Positions 36,852 through 46,273 of a stretch of DNA of 64,000 bases are shown here, in pieces. The notes under the pieces were generated by a model. The model was given only the letters and a program-made list of their open reading frames with translations, ran no database searches and had not been told where the DNA came from. Position numbers and translations under genes: made by a program. Origin of the DNA: Candidatus Latescibacterota bacterium (GTDB lineage Bacteria > Latescibacterota > UBA2968 > UBA8231); assembly GCA_965242865.1 (NCBI GenBank), contig CBDETK010000013.1:3136001-3200000 (forward strand). The letters are read 5' to 3'. The first letter of the stretch is position 1; each line of letters opens with the position of its first letter.

Positions 36852-36893
36852 CAGCCGCTGTGGCACTTTAGGGCTTGAGTGCCACAGCGACTG
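36852..36893 (+). terminator. Stem-loop after precursor 2
   Basis: cagccgctgtggcac / gtgccacagcgactg with one mismatch. Confidence 0.6.
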
Positions 36894-36956
36894 CAATCTG
36901 ATAGGTGGAAATATTAGAGGGGCTATACACCCATCCAACGACTTTGGAGGCGAATT

Positions 36957-39086
36957 ATGCGCGGCTTGCTCTTTGTTATTGGGCTATTGACCGCTCCGCT
37001 TGGAGCCTTCGCTCTAACGTGGGATTTTGACGAGGACACCACGTGGGGCTGGACCGCTCGGGAGAGCATCTTAGGAGATGACTTTGGAAGCTCCAGTACT
37101 ACGGTGTATAGCGAGGTAGCCGATGGCGTCTGGCGCATTGCGCCCGTGCCGAACTCTCAACGACCAGCCATCAATTTGCGTTCGCCGCCAATTGGGGAAG
37201 ATTCTGCCTTGTTTGACCGGGTCACCCTACGGCTGCGCATCATTCATGATCGCCACACTGAGGGACGAATCCAGATGGCGTGGTTCAATGCCGAGTATAG
37301 ACGCCTCAAAAAGGAATCGGGTTCATCCTTTATAACAGAATTGATTGGTCGTTTTTTTCTGGTACGTACACAACGTTATCCCACTGAATGGGAAGACATC
37401 ACTGTCGATCTGCGTACTTTGGCAGCAGCCCTAAAACGAGAAATCACTTGGCAGGATACTCTCTTCGACTTCCAGTTAGAACTGGATTTAAACGAATTCT
37501 CCCAAGGTCCGGTCGATCATCCAGTCTTTTTAGAAGTGGACTGGATTCAACTGACGGGGACTGAGGAGTTGCTATTGGGAGAATTACAGCCTCGGGCGGT
37601 CTTCTTGGAGGTGGGATTGCTTGGCAGGTTGTTCGCTGAACTCGGCTTTTTTCCCCTTGGCGTGGGTATTGAGGATATACGCTCAGGTTATGGGCTTCCG
37701 CAAAGTGCGTTGGGCGATGTGGACGGCGATGGGGATGTGGACTTGGTAACGGACTGGACGCGCTCCGACGCCGGCCAGACCTCGGGCTGGATGGTAGCTT
37801 CTAACGATGGTTTGGGGCACTTGGTCCCATTCAGGGAGTACACATCCCCTCTTGGACTTATAAGCCAACTCCAAGGGGGTGATTTTAACGGGGATGGACT
37901 CCTCGATCTGGCCTTTGCTGACGGTCGGAACCTCGAACTGTGGCTCAACAAAGGCGAAGACCGCTTTGAAGTTACTCTACAACTGTCCGATGTCTTATTC
38001 AATGGCCTAGCCGATGGCGATGGAGACGGGGACGTGGACCTGTTGAGTGTGGAAGTAGGCGATTCGCAGTACAACGCGATCCTATGGCTCAATGACGGCA
38101 ATGCCGGGTTTGCCCTCAGCGATCGGTTTGCCCCTAACAGCGAGGAGAAGCTCTTTCCTTTTGCGCTCGCTGGACACTCGTTGGGCGAGGCCGTGCGCCT
38201 GTTATGGGTTCGGCCCTGTTACCAACCTCAAGGTACTTGGCAGCTAACCCAGCCGTGGGCGGCTAGCGCGGAACCGATGCTGTTTCTTGACCCAGTGGTC
38301 AACCCCTGTAACCTGCACTTGCTCGCCGATTTGGATGACGATGGAACAGCAGAATTAATCGGGGCTGCTGAACGCGATTTACAATTCGATCCTTTTTACA
38401 CTGGCACAACCTATCACGGTTTGGCCCTGTGGCGTCTGGACGAGTCGGGCGAGTTGGTACGCCACGTTCTGCTTGATTCAGAGGTGCTTTTACCGCATCG
38501 CGCCATTGCCCACGACCTCAACGGCGATGGCCTGTTGGACTTGGCTGTGGTTGATGGCAACTTGGCGACCGGACCGGCGCTGGTGGTGCTGACCGGCCAG
38601 CGCGATGGCTTGCCCGTCGTCGAAGGCCGCTATCGGCTGCCGGGCACGGGCGGTCCCATCCTCGCCGGCGACCTCAACGGCGATGGGGCCGCCGATCTGG
38701 TCGTTCTCGGACGAAGCATAGAAGGCGGTCCGGGCGGAGCTTTCGTCTTTCTCAACCAGAGTGCGCCAGCCACCGCCATCGCCGCCGAGACGCTGACTAC
38801 GCCCACGGCCTTTGCCCTCGGGGCCAACTATCCCAACCCATTCAACCCAGCCACGACCATCCCCTTGGCACTGCCGGCCGACGCTGGCGAGGTGGCCTTA
38901 ACTATCTACAATGTCTTGGGGCAGCCGGTGCGCCGCGTATGGGCAGGTTCGTTGGCCGCCGGCGAGCATCGACTGGCTTGGGATGGCCGGGACGCGCAGG
39001 GGCAGTCCGTCGCCGCGGGGGTCTATTGGTATCGGTTGCAGGTGGGCGATCAGACGCACACCCGCAAGATGATCAAAATCGAATAG
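36957..39086 (+). CDS. CBM-like/FG-GAP/CTD protein, paralog 6
   Basis: Same architecture. Confidence 0.8.
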   Translation: MRGLLFVIGLLTAPLGAFALTWDFDEDTTWGWTARESILGDDFGSSSTTVYSEVADGVWRIAPVPNSQRPAINLRSPPIGEDSALFDRVTLRLRIIHDRHTEGRIQMAWFNAEYRRLKKESGSSFITELIGRFFLVRTQRYPTEWEDITVDLRTLAAALKREITWQDTLFDFQLELDLNEFSQGPVDHPVFLEVDWIQLTGTEELLLGELQPRAVFLEVGLLGRLFAELGFFPLGVGIEDIRSGYGLPQSALGDVDGDGDVDLVTDWTRSDAGQTSGWMVASNDGLGHLVPFREYTSPLGLISQLQGGDFNGDGLLDLAFADGRNLELWLNKGEDRFEVTLQLSDVLFNGLADGDGDGDVDLLSVEVGDSQYNAILWLNDGNAGFALSDRFAPNSEEKLFPFALAGHSLGEAVRLLWVRPCYQPQGTWQLTQPWAASAEPMLFLDPVVNPCNLHLLADLDDDGTAELIGAAERDLQFDPFYTGTTYHGLALWRLDESGELVRHVLLDSEVLLPHRAIAHDLNGDGLLDLAVVDGNLATGPALVVLTGQRDGLPVVEGRYRLPGTGGPILAGDLNGDGAADLVVLGRSIEGGPGGAFVFLNQSAPATAIAAETLTTPTAFALGANYPNPFNPATTIPLALPADAGEVALTIYNVLGQPVRRVWAGSLAAGEHRLAWDGRDAQGQSVAAGVYWYRLQVGDQTHTRKMIKIE

Positions 39087-39116
39087 ACGACCCGAAGCTA
39101 TCACTGGAGGTGACCT

Positions 39117-41267
39117 ATGCGCGGCTTGCTTTTTGCGATTGGCTTGTTGACGGCTCCGGTTGGAGCCTTGGCCTTAACGTGGGATTTCGACGACGGCACC
39201 ACGTGGGGCTGGACCGCCCAAGAGAGTACTCTCAGCCTCGCCGCCGTTGGCGGTAGTCTCACCACGGTATATAGCGAAGTCGAAAACGGCGTTTGGCGCA
39301 TTGCGCCCGTGCCGGGCGGGCGACAACCGGCCATCCTATTGCGCTCGCCACCGATTGGGGCAGACTCGGCTCTGTTCGACCGGGTCACCCTACGGCTTCG
39401 CATCGTCCACCATACCCCCACCGAGGGCGATCTCCTGATGTGGTGGTTCAACACCGAATACAAACGCCTCATTGATGCTGGCATCCGACTTCCAAAGGGG
39501 TTTAGGACGATCCGTTATCAAATCTATCCCACCGAATGGCAACACATCACCATAGACCTACGTGCCTTAGAAGCCGCGGCGGAGGCGAATCCAGAAGTCG
39601 AGATCACTTGGCAGGACACCCTCTTTGATTTTCAGCTAGACTTGAACTTAAACCACGACGCGCAGAGTTCGGCTGATCATCCGGCCTTTTTAGAAGTGGA
39701 CTGGATTCAACTGACTGGGGACGAAGAGTTGCTGCTGGGAGAATTGCACCCTCGGGCGATCGCCGTGGCGGCGGGACTGCCCGGTGCCCTGTTCGCCGCG
39801 CCCGGTTTTTTCCCCCTCGGCGAGGGCATCTTGATAACAGATCACCTACTCCCAAACAATGCTTTGGGGGATGTGGACGACGATGGGGATGTGGATATGG
39901 TGGCGACCTATGTGCGCCACTCTCTGGGTGGAGCAGTAGAAACGGGCTGGATGGTGGCGTCCAACGATGGACGGGGTGGTTTTGTCCCGACCCAAGAGGT
40001 TTCCCTCTCCAAGACAGGGGAGGGCTCTTACATACGACCCGTCGTTGAGGGAGGCGATTTCGATGGAGATGGACTCCTCGATCTGGTCGTTACAGTGGGT
40101 GCTTCCGTTGACCTGTTGCACAATCAGGGCAAGGACGGCTTTGAAACGGTGCTGCACCTGTCTGATTTTGCTTTCGTTGGCTTGGCCGATGGCGATGGCG
40201 ATGGCGATGTGGATCTGTTGGTTCATGAGCTTGACGACGAGTCGCCCCATATAGTGTTGTGGCGCAACGACGGTGCGGCCGGATTTGTCCGCGATGATCG
40301 GTTCGTCCTCGACACCGAGGAAAGACTGTTTCCTTGGCTCCTCTCCGGGCAGCCGTTGGACGAGGCCGTGCGCCTGTTGTGGACCCACTCCTGCTACCAG
40401 CCCCAAGGGACTTGGCAACTGACCCAGCCGTGGGCGACCCGTGCGGAGCCACCGCTGTTTTTTGACGCGGTGGTCAACCCCTGTGATATGCACTTGCTCG
40501 TTGATTTGGAGGGTGATGGAGCGATGGAGTTGATCGGGGCTTCCGAGCGAAATCTATACTTCGACCCTACGAATACTAACGCCACCCGTCACGGTTTGGC
40601 CCTGTGGCGGGTGGACGCTTCGGGCGGGGTGGAACGCCATATCCTGCTCGATTCGCAGGTACGCCTATCCGATGGGACTGGAGCTATTGCCAGCGACCTG
40701 ACCGGCGATGGCCTGTTGGATCTAGCTGTGGTCGATGGCAACTTGGCGACTGGGCCGGCGTTAGTGGTGCTGACCGGCCAGCGCGATGGGCTGCCCGTCG
40801 TCGAAGGCCGCTATCGGCTGCCGGGCACGGGCGGCCAAGTGCTCCCCGGCGACGTAAACGGCGATGGGGCAACCGATCTGGTGGTGCTGGGGCGGAATAT
40901 GGCAGGCGGTCCGGGCGGAGCCTTCGTCTTCCTCAACCAGCGCACATCGGCCACCGCTGTCGCCGCCGAGACGTCGACCACCCCCTCAGCCTTTGTCCTC
41001 GGTGCCAACTATCCCAACCCGTTCAATCCAGTCACGACCATCCCCTTGGCACTGCCCGCCGACGCTGGCGAGATAGCCTTAACCATCTACAATGTCTTGG
41101 GGCAGCCGGTGCGCCACGTATGGGCGGGTTCGTTGGCGGCGGGCGCACACCGGCTGGCTTGGGATGGTCGGGACGCGCAGGGGCGGCCCGTCGCTGCGGG
41201 GGTCTATTGGTATCGGTTGCAGGTGGGCGATCAGACGCACACCCGCAAGATGGTCAAGATCGAATAG
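39117..41267 (+). CDS. CBM-like/FG-GAP/CTD protein, paralog 7
   Basis: Same architecture. Confidence 0.8.
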   Translation: MRGLLFAIGLLTAPVGALALTWDFDDGTTWGWTAQESTLSLAAVGGSLTTVYSEVENGVWRIAPVPGGRQPAILLRSPPIGADSALFDRVTLRLRIVHHTPTEGDLLMWWFNTEYKRLIDAGIRLPKGFRTIRYQIYPTEWQHITIDLRALEAAAEANPEVEITWQDTLFDFQLDLNLNHDAQSSADHPAFLEVDWIQLTGDEELLLGELHPRAIAVAAGLPGALFAAPGFFPLGEGILITDHLLPNNALGDVDDDGDVDMVATYVRHSLGGAVETGWMVASNDGRGGFVPTQEVSLSKTGEGSYIRPVVEGGDFDGDGLLDLVVTVGASVDLLHNQGKDGFETVLHLSDFAFVGLADGDGDGDVDLLVHELDDESPHIVLWRNDGAAGFVRDDRFVLDTEERLFPWLLSGQPLDEAVRLLWTHSCYQPQGTWQLTQPWATRAEPPLFFDAVVNPCDMHLLVDLEGDGAMELIGASERNLYFDPTNTNATRHGLALWRVDASGGVERHILLDSQVRLSDGTGAIASDLTGDGLLDLAVVDGNLATGPALVVLTGQRDGLPVVEGRYRLPGTGGQVLPGDVNGDGATDLVVLGRNMAGGPGGAFVFLNQRTSATAVAAETSTTPSAFVLGANYPNPFNPVTTIPLALPADAGEIALTIYNVLGQPVRHVWAGSLAAGAHRLAWDGRDAQGRPVAAGVYWYRLQVGDQTHTRKMVKIE

Positions 41268-41293
41268 ACGACCGCAGTTATCACTGGAGGTGC

Positions 41294-43420
41294 ATGATGC
41301 GCGGCTTGCTTGTTGCGATTGGCTTGTTGACCGCTCCGGTTGGAGCCTTGGCCTTAACGTGGGATTTCGACGACGGCACCACGTGGGGCTGGACCGCCCA
41401 AGAGAGTTCTCTCAGTACTGCCGCTGTTGAAATTAGTCTCACCACGGTGTATAGCGAAGTCGAAGACGGCGTTTGGCGCATTGCGCCCGTGCCGGACGCA
41501 CAACGACCAGCCCTTCTATTGCGCTCGCCGCCAATTGGGGAAGACTCCGCCCTCTTTGACCGGGTCACCCTACGGCTCCGCATCGTCCACGATCGCCCCA
41601 CCGAGGGCAATCTCCTGATGTGGTGGTTCAATTCCGAGTACAAACGCTTCATAGACGCTGGCATACCAGACCCCGAGGGATTTTCGATGGGACGGTTCCA
41701 AATCTATCCGACCGAATGGCAAGACATCACGATAGACCTACGCGCCTTAGAATCCGCTGCGGAAGCGAACCCAGAAGCCGAGATCACTTGGCAGGACACC
41801 CTCTTCGACTTCCAGTTAGATTTGGACTTAAACACCGACCCGCAGGGCTTGGCCGACCATCCTGAGTTTTTAGAAGTGGACTGGATTCAACTGACCGGGG
41901 TTGAAGAACGGCTGCTGGGGGAATTGCAACCCCGAAAGATCGCAGTGGAAGTTGGGTTGCCCGGCGCGTTACTCGCATCGCCCGACTTTTTCCCTCTCGG
42001 CGAGGGGGTAGAGATTGAGATGGGACCGCAAACGCTGGGCGATGTAGATGGCGATGGCGATGTGGACTTGGTGGCAGCTTGGAGCCGCTCCACAGGCAAC
42101 GTCGGCCCCGGGCACGGGGGCTGGACGGTGGCGTTCAACAACGGACAGGGGGAATTTGTCTCCACCCGAGAGATACAAGTAGGGCCGGCCACGCGCGCTC
42201 CCCGCATTCAAGGGGGGGATTTTGACGGAGATGGGCTCCTCGATCTGGTCGTTGGGGGGGCTTCCGTTGACCTGTTGCACAATCAGGGCAAGGACAGCTT
42301 TGAAACGGTGCTGCACCTGTTCGATGTCGTTCTCCGTGGCCTCGCCGATGCCGATGGCGATGGCGATGTGGACCTGTTGGTTCATGAGCTTGACGACGAG
42401 TCGCTCCATGTAGTGTTGTGGCGCAACGACGGTGCGGCCGGATTTGTCCGCAGTGCTCGGTTTGTCCTCGACACCGCGGAAAGACTTTTTCCTCGGCTCC
42501 TCGCCGGGCAACCGTTGGGCGAGGCCGTGCGCCTGTTGTGGACCCGCTCCTGCTCCCAGCCTCAAGGGACCTGGCAACTGACCCGGCCATGGGCGACCCG
42601 CGAGGAGCCGCCGCTGTTTTTCGAGGCCACGGTCAACCCCTGTGACTTGCACCTGCTCATTGACCTCAACGGAGCTGGAAGAGTGGAGTTAATCGGAGCT
42701 TCCGAGCGGAATCTGCAATTTGACCCTACTACTATTAACCCCACTCGCCACGGTTTGTCGCTATGGCGGTTGGACGCCTCGGGCGGGGTGGAACGCCACC
42801 CCCTGCTTGGTCCGCAGGTGCTCTTATCGCATCGCGCCATTGCCCACGACCTCAACGGCGATGGCCTGTTGGACTTGGCCTTGGTCGATGGCAACTTGGC
42901 GACCGGGCCGGCGTTAGTGGTGCTAGTCGGCCAGCGCGATGGCTTGCCCGTCGTCGAAGGCCGCTATCCGCTGCCGGGCACGGGCGGTCCCGTCCTCGCC
43001 GGCAATGTAAACGGCGATGGGGCCGCCGATCTGGTCGTTCTCGGACGAAGCGTGGCAGGCGGTCCGGGCGGAGCCTTCGTCTTTCTAAACCAGAGTGCGC
43101 CAGCCACCGCCATCGCCGCCGAGACGCTGACTACGCCCTCAGCCTTTGTCCTCGGTGCGAACTATCCCAACCCGTTCAATCCAGCCACGACCATCCCCTT
43201 GGCACTGCCGGCCGACGCTGGCGAGGTGGCCTTAACCATCTATAACGTCTTGGGGCAGCCGGTGCGCCACGTGTGGGCAGGTTCGTTGGCGGCGGGCGCA
43301 CACCAGCTGGCTTGGGATGGCCGGGACGCGCAGGGGCGGCCCGTCGCTGCGGGGGTCTATTGGTATCGGTTGCAGGTGGGCGATCAGACGCACACCCGCA
43401 AGATGGTCAAAATCGAATAG
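41294..43420 (+). CDS. CBM-like/FG-GAP/CTD protein, paralog 8
   Basis: Same architecture; start reset to MMRGLL. Confidence 0.8.
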   Translation: MMRGLLVAIGLLTAPVGALALTWDFDDGTTWGWTAQESSLSTAAVEISLTTVYSEVEDGVWRIAPVPDAQRPALLLRSPPIGEDSALFDRVTLRLRIVHDRPTEGNLLMWWFNSEYKRFIDAGIPDPEGFSMGRFQIYPTEWQDITIDLRALESAAEANPEAEITWQDTLFDFQLDLDLNTDPQGLADHPEFLEVDWIQLTGVEERLLGELQPRKIAVEVGLPGALLASPDFFPLGEGVEIEMGPQTLGDVDGDGDVDLVAAWSRSTGNVGPGHGGWTVAFNNGQGEFVSTREIQVGPATRAPRIQGGDFDGDGLLDLVVGGASVDLLHNQGKDSFETVLHLFDVVLRGLADADGDGDVDLLVHELDDESLHVVLWRNDGAAGFVRSARFVLDTAERLFPRLLAGQPLGEAVRLLWTRSCSQPQGTWQLTRPWATREEPPLFFEATVNPCDLHLLIDLNGAGRVELIGASERNLQFDPTTINPTRHGLSLWRLDASGGVERHPLLGPQVLLSHRAIAHDLNGDGLLDLALVDGNLATGPALVVLVGQRDGLPVVEGRYPLPGTGGPVLAGNVNGDGAADLVVLGRSVAGGPGGAFVFLNQSAPATAIAAETLTTPSAFVLGANYPNPFNPATTIPLALPADAGEVALTIYNVLGQPVRHVWAGSLAAGAHQLAWDGRDAQGRPVAAGVYWYRLQVGDQTHTRKMVKIE

Positions 43421-43439
43421 ACGACCGATTTGGAGGTGC

Positions 43440-45560
43440 ATGATGCGCGGCTTGCTTTTTGCGATTGGCTTGTTGACCGCTCCGGTTGGAGCCTTGGCCT
43501 TAACGTGGGATTTCGACGACGGCACCACGTGGGGCTGGACCGCCCAAGAGAGCGACTTCAGCAGTGGAACTTCAGCCAATGTCACCACAGTGTACAGCGA
43601 AGTCGAAGATGGCGTCTGGCGCATTAAGCCGGTGCCGAGCGGACAACGACCGGCCATTGCGTTGATCTCGCCGCTGATTGGGGAAGACTCGGCCCTGTTC
43701 GACTGGGTCACCCTCCGGCTCCGCATCATCCACCATACCCCGACCGAGGGGCGACTCACCATGGAATGGTTCAATGCCGAATACAAACGGTACAGACGCC
43801 TCAGTCCTGCGTCCCGATTCCTTGAATTGGCGTCTCAGTTTCATACAGGACATCCGCAATTATATCTCACGGAATGGCAAGACATCACCATAGATATACG
43901 GGACTTGGAAGCGGACCCGGAAGCAGAATTCACTTGGCAGGACACCCTTTTCGATTTTCAGATAAACTTGGACTTAAACACCGACCCGCAGGGCATGGCC
44001 GACTATCCTGAGTTTTTAGAAGTGGATTGGATTCAACTGACCGGGGCGGAAGAATTGCTGTTGGGGGAATTGCCGCCCCGGGCGGTCGTCGTGGAGGCGG
44101 GATTGCCCGGCACTCTGTTCGCGGCACCCGACTTTTTTTCGCTCGGCGAGGTCTCTGGGAGGCCAGCCAGATGGGCAGGATCATCCGGCGCGCTGGGCGA
44201 TGTGGATGGCGATGGCGATGTGGATTTAGTGGCGGTTTGGGATCGACTCACGGACGCCGACTTTCAAGTTGGCTGGCTAATAGCGTCCAACGATGGGTTG
44301 GGCGGCTTTGAGACCATCCAAGAGCAAGAGGCCACCGGTCAGTCCATCAATCTCCAAGGGAGCGACTTCGACGGGGATGGCCTCCTCGACTTGGTCCTTG
44401 ATGGAGGCTCGACCCTCGAACTGTGGCACAACCGGGGCGAGGATGGGTTTGAGACCACGCTGCGGCTATCCGGCGTCTGGTTTCTTGGCCTAGCGGATGG
44501 CGATGGCGATGGCGATATGGATGTGTTGGGTGCGGAACTGGACGACCAGACACCCCACGCGATGGTATGGCTCAACGATGGCCCCGACGGATTTGTCCGC
44601 AGCGATCGGTTCGATCTCGACAGCGAAGAGGAGCTCTTTGCGTACCTTCCCGCCGGGCAACCGTTCGGCGAGGCCGCGCACCTGTTGTGGAACCGCCCCT
44701 GCTACCTGCCTCAAGGGCCGTGGCAACGGACCCGGCCGTGGGCGACCAGCGAGGAGCCGCCGCTGTTTTTCGAAGCCGAGGTCAGCCCCTGTAATCTGCA
44801 CCTGCTCGCCGATGTGGATGGCGACGGGGAGGTGGATTTACTCAGCTCCCCTGATACAAGAGAGTTTTTCATCACCGCCACCACCTATCACGGTTTGGAC
44901 TTGTGGCGGTTGGACGCTTCGGGTGGGGTGTCCCGCCATCCCCTGCTCGGCTCGCAGGTACAGGTGTCGCATCGCGCCATTGCTCACGACCTCAACGGCG
45001 ATGGCCTGCTGGACTTGGCCGTGGTTGATGGCAATTTAGCTACCGGACCGGCGCTGGTGGTGCTGGTCGGCCAGCGCGATGGCCTGCCCGTCGTCGAAGG
45101 CCACTACCGGCTGCCGGGCACGGGCGGCCAAGTGCTCCCCGGCGATGTAAACGGCGATGGGGCTGTCGATCTGGTGGTGCTGGGACGGAATATGGCAGGC
45201 GGTCCGGGCGGAGCCTTCGTCTTTCTAAACCAGCATACGCCAGCCACCGCCATCGCCGCCGAGACCGCGATCATGCCCTCAGCCTTTGCCCTCGGTGCGA
45301 ACTATCCCAACCCGTTCAATCCAGCCACGACCATCCCCTTGGTGCTCCCCGTTGACGCCAGCGAGGTGGCCTTAACCATCTACAATGTCTTGGGGCAGCC
45401 CGTGCGCCGAGTATGGAACGGTTCGTTGGCCGCCGGCGCACACCGGCTAGCTTGGGATGGCCGGGACGCCGCGGGCAAGCCGGTCGCCGCCGGCGTCTAT
45501 TGGTATCGGTTGCAGGTGGACGATCAGACGCGCACCCGCAAGATGGTCAAAATCGAATAG
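43440..45560 (+). CDS. CBM-like/FG-GAP/CTD protein, paralog 9
   Basis: Same architecture; start reset to MMRGLL. Confidence 0.8.
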   Translation: MMRGLLFAIGLLTAPVGALALTWDFDDGTTWGWTAQESDFSSGTSANVTTVYSEVEDGVWRIKPVPSGQRPAIALISPLIGEDSALFDWVTLRLRIIHHTPTEGRLTMEWFNAEYKRYRRLSPASRFLELASQFHTGHPQLYLTEWQDITIDIRDLEADPEAEFTWQDTLFDFQINLDLNTDPQGMADYPEFLEVDWIQLTGAEELLLGELPPRAVVVEAGLPGTLFAAPDFFSLGEVSGRPARWAGSSGALGDVDGDGDVDLVAVWDRLTDADFQVGWLIASNDGLGGFETIQEQEATGQSINLQGSDFDGDGLLDLVLDGGSTLELWHNRGEDGFETTLRLSGVWFLGLADGDGDGDMDVLGAELDDQTPHAMVWLNDGPDGFVRSDRFDLDSEEELFAYLPAGQPFGEAAHLLWNRPCYLPQGPWQRTRPWATSEEPPLFFEAEVSPCNLHLLADVDGDGEVDLLSSPDTREFFITATTYHGLDLWRLDASGGVSRHPLLGSQVQVSHRAIAHDLNGDGLLDLAVVDGNLATGPALVVLVGQRDGLPVVEGHYRLPGTGGQVLPGDVNGDGAVDLVVLGRNMAGGPGGAFVFLNQHTPATAIAAETAIMPSAFALGANYPNPFNPATTIPLVLPVDASEVALTIYNVLGQPVRRVWNGSLAAGAHRLAWDGRDAAGKPVAAGVYWYRLQVDDQTRTRKMVKIE

Positions 45561-45571
45561 ACGACCGATTT

Positions 45572-46270
45572 GACTGCGCGATCTACAGACCTTGTTGGAC
45601 CATCACCCGACATGGGCAAAACCGAACGGAGCGCAAATCATAATGAGTCGCTTAAAAATAGAAGAGGGAAAGGTCCTCAAAGCACTGGCCCAAGCTGAGG
45701 TAAATGAGGATAAACAAGGAATGACAGCGGCCCATCTTCAATTAGGCCATCTACACAAGAGAGCCGGCCAACTTGAACGGGCAGAAGCCGCCTATCAGCG
45801 TGCCCGCGTCTTGGCCGAAAAGTCGGTGCTGCCCTAGAGGCCGATGCCTATAGCGGCTGGGGTCTGTTGTGTGAGGTGCAGGGCAACTTGGGGCGGGCGT
45901 GGGAACTGCTCATGTCATCTTATGAGATAAACAGGGCAGGCGAGGACCGAGCGCGCTTGGCGGACAATTACAGCAATCTGGGTTTTCTGGCGCAAATGCA
46001 GGGCGATTTTGCCGATGCCGAGCGCCTGTACGGCTATGCCTTGCACCTGCGCGAAGAACTGGCAGACAAGGCTGGACGGGCCGTGGGGGACAAATCTATC
46101 TCCAGACGGAGCGGCTCGACGAGGCCGAATCCATGTATCGGAAAGCCCTATCCGTACAGGAGCGGTTGGGACATAAGCGCAACCAAGCCAGCGCGGCCGG
46201 CCATCTGAGCATGATATATCAGCAGCACCAAGCGCACGAAAGCGCGAAAGAGATGGCGCAGAAAGGTTGC
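45572..46270 (+). pseudogene. Relic of a GT2 C-terminus fused to TPR repeats, frameshifted
   Basis: LRDLQTLLDHHPTWAKP matches the GT2 end at about 36070-36122. TPR-like segments are split over ORFs 45592, 45867 and 46133. Confidence 0.65.
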
Positions 46271-46273
46271 TAT

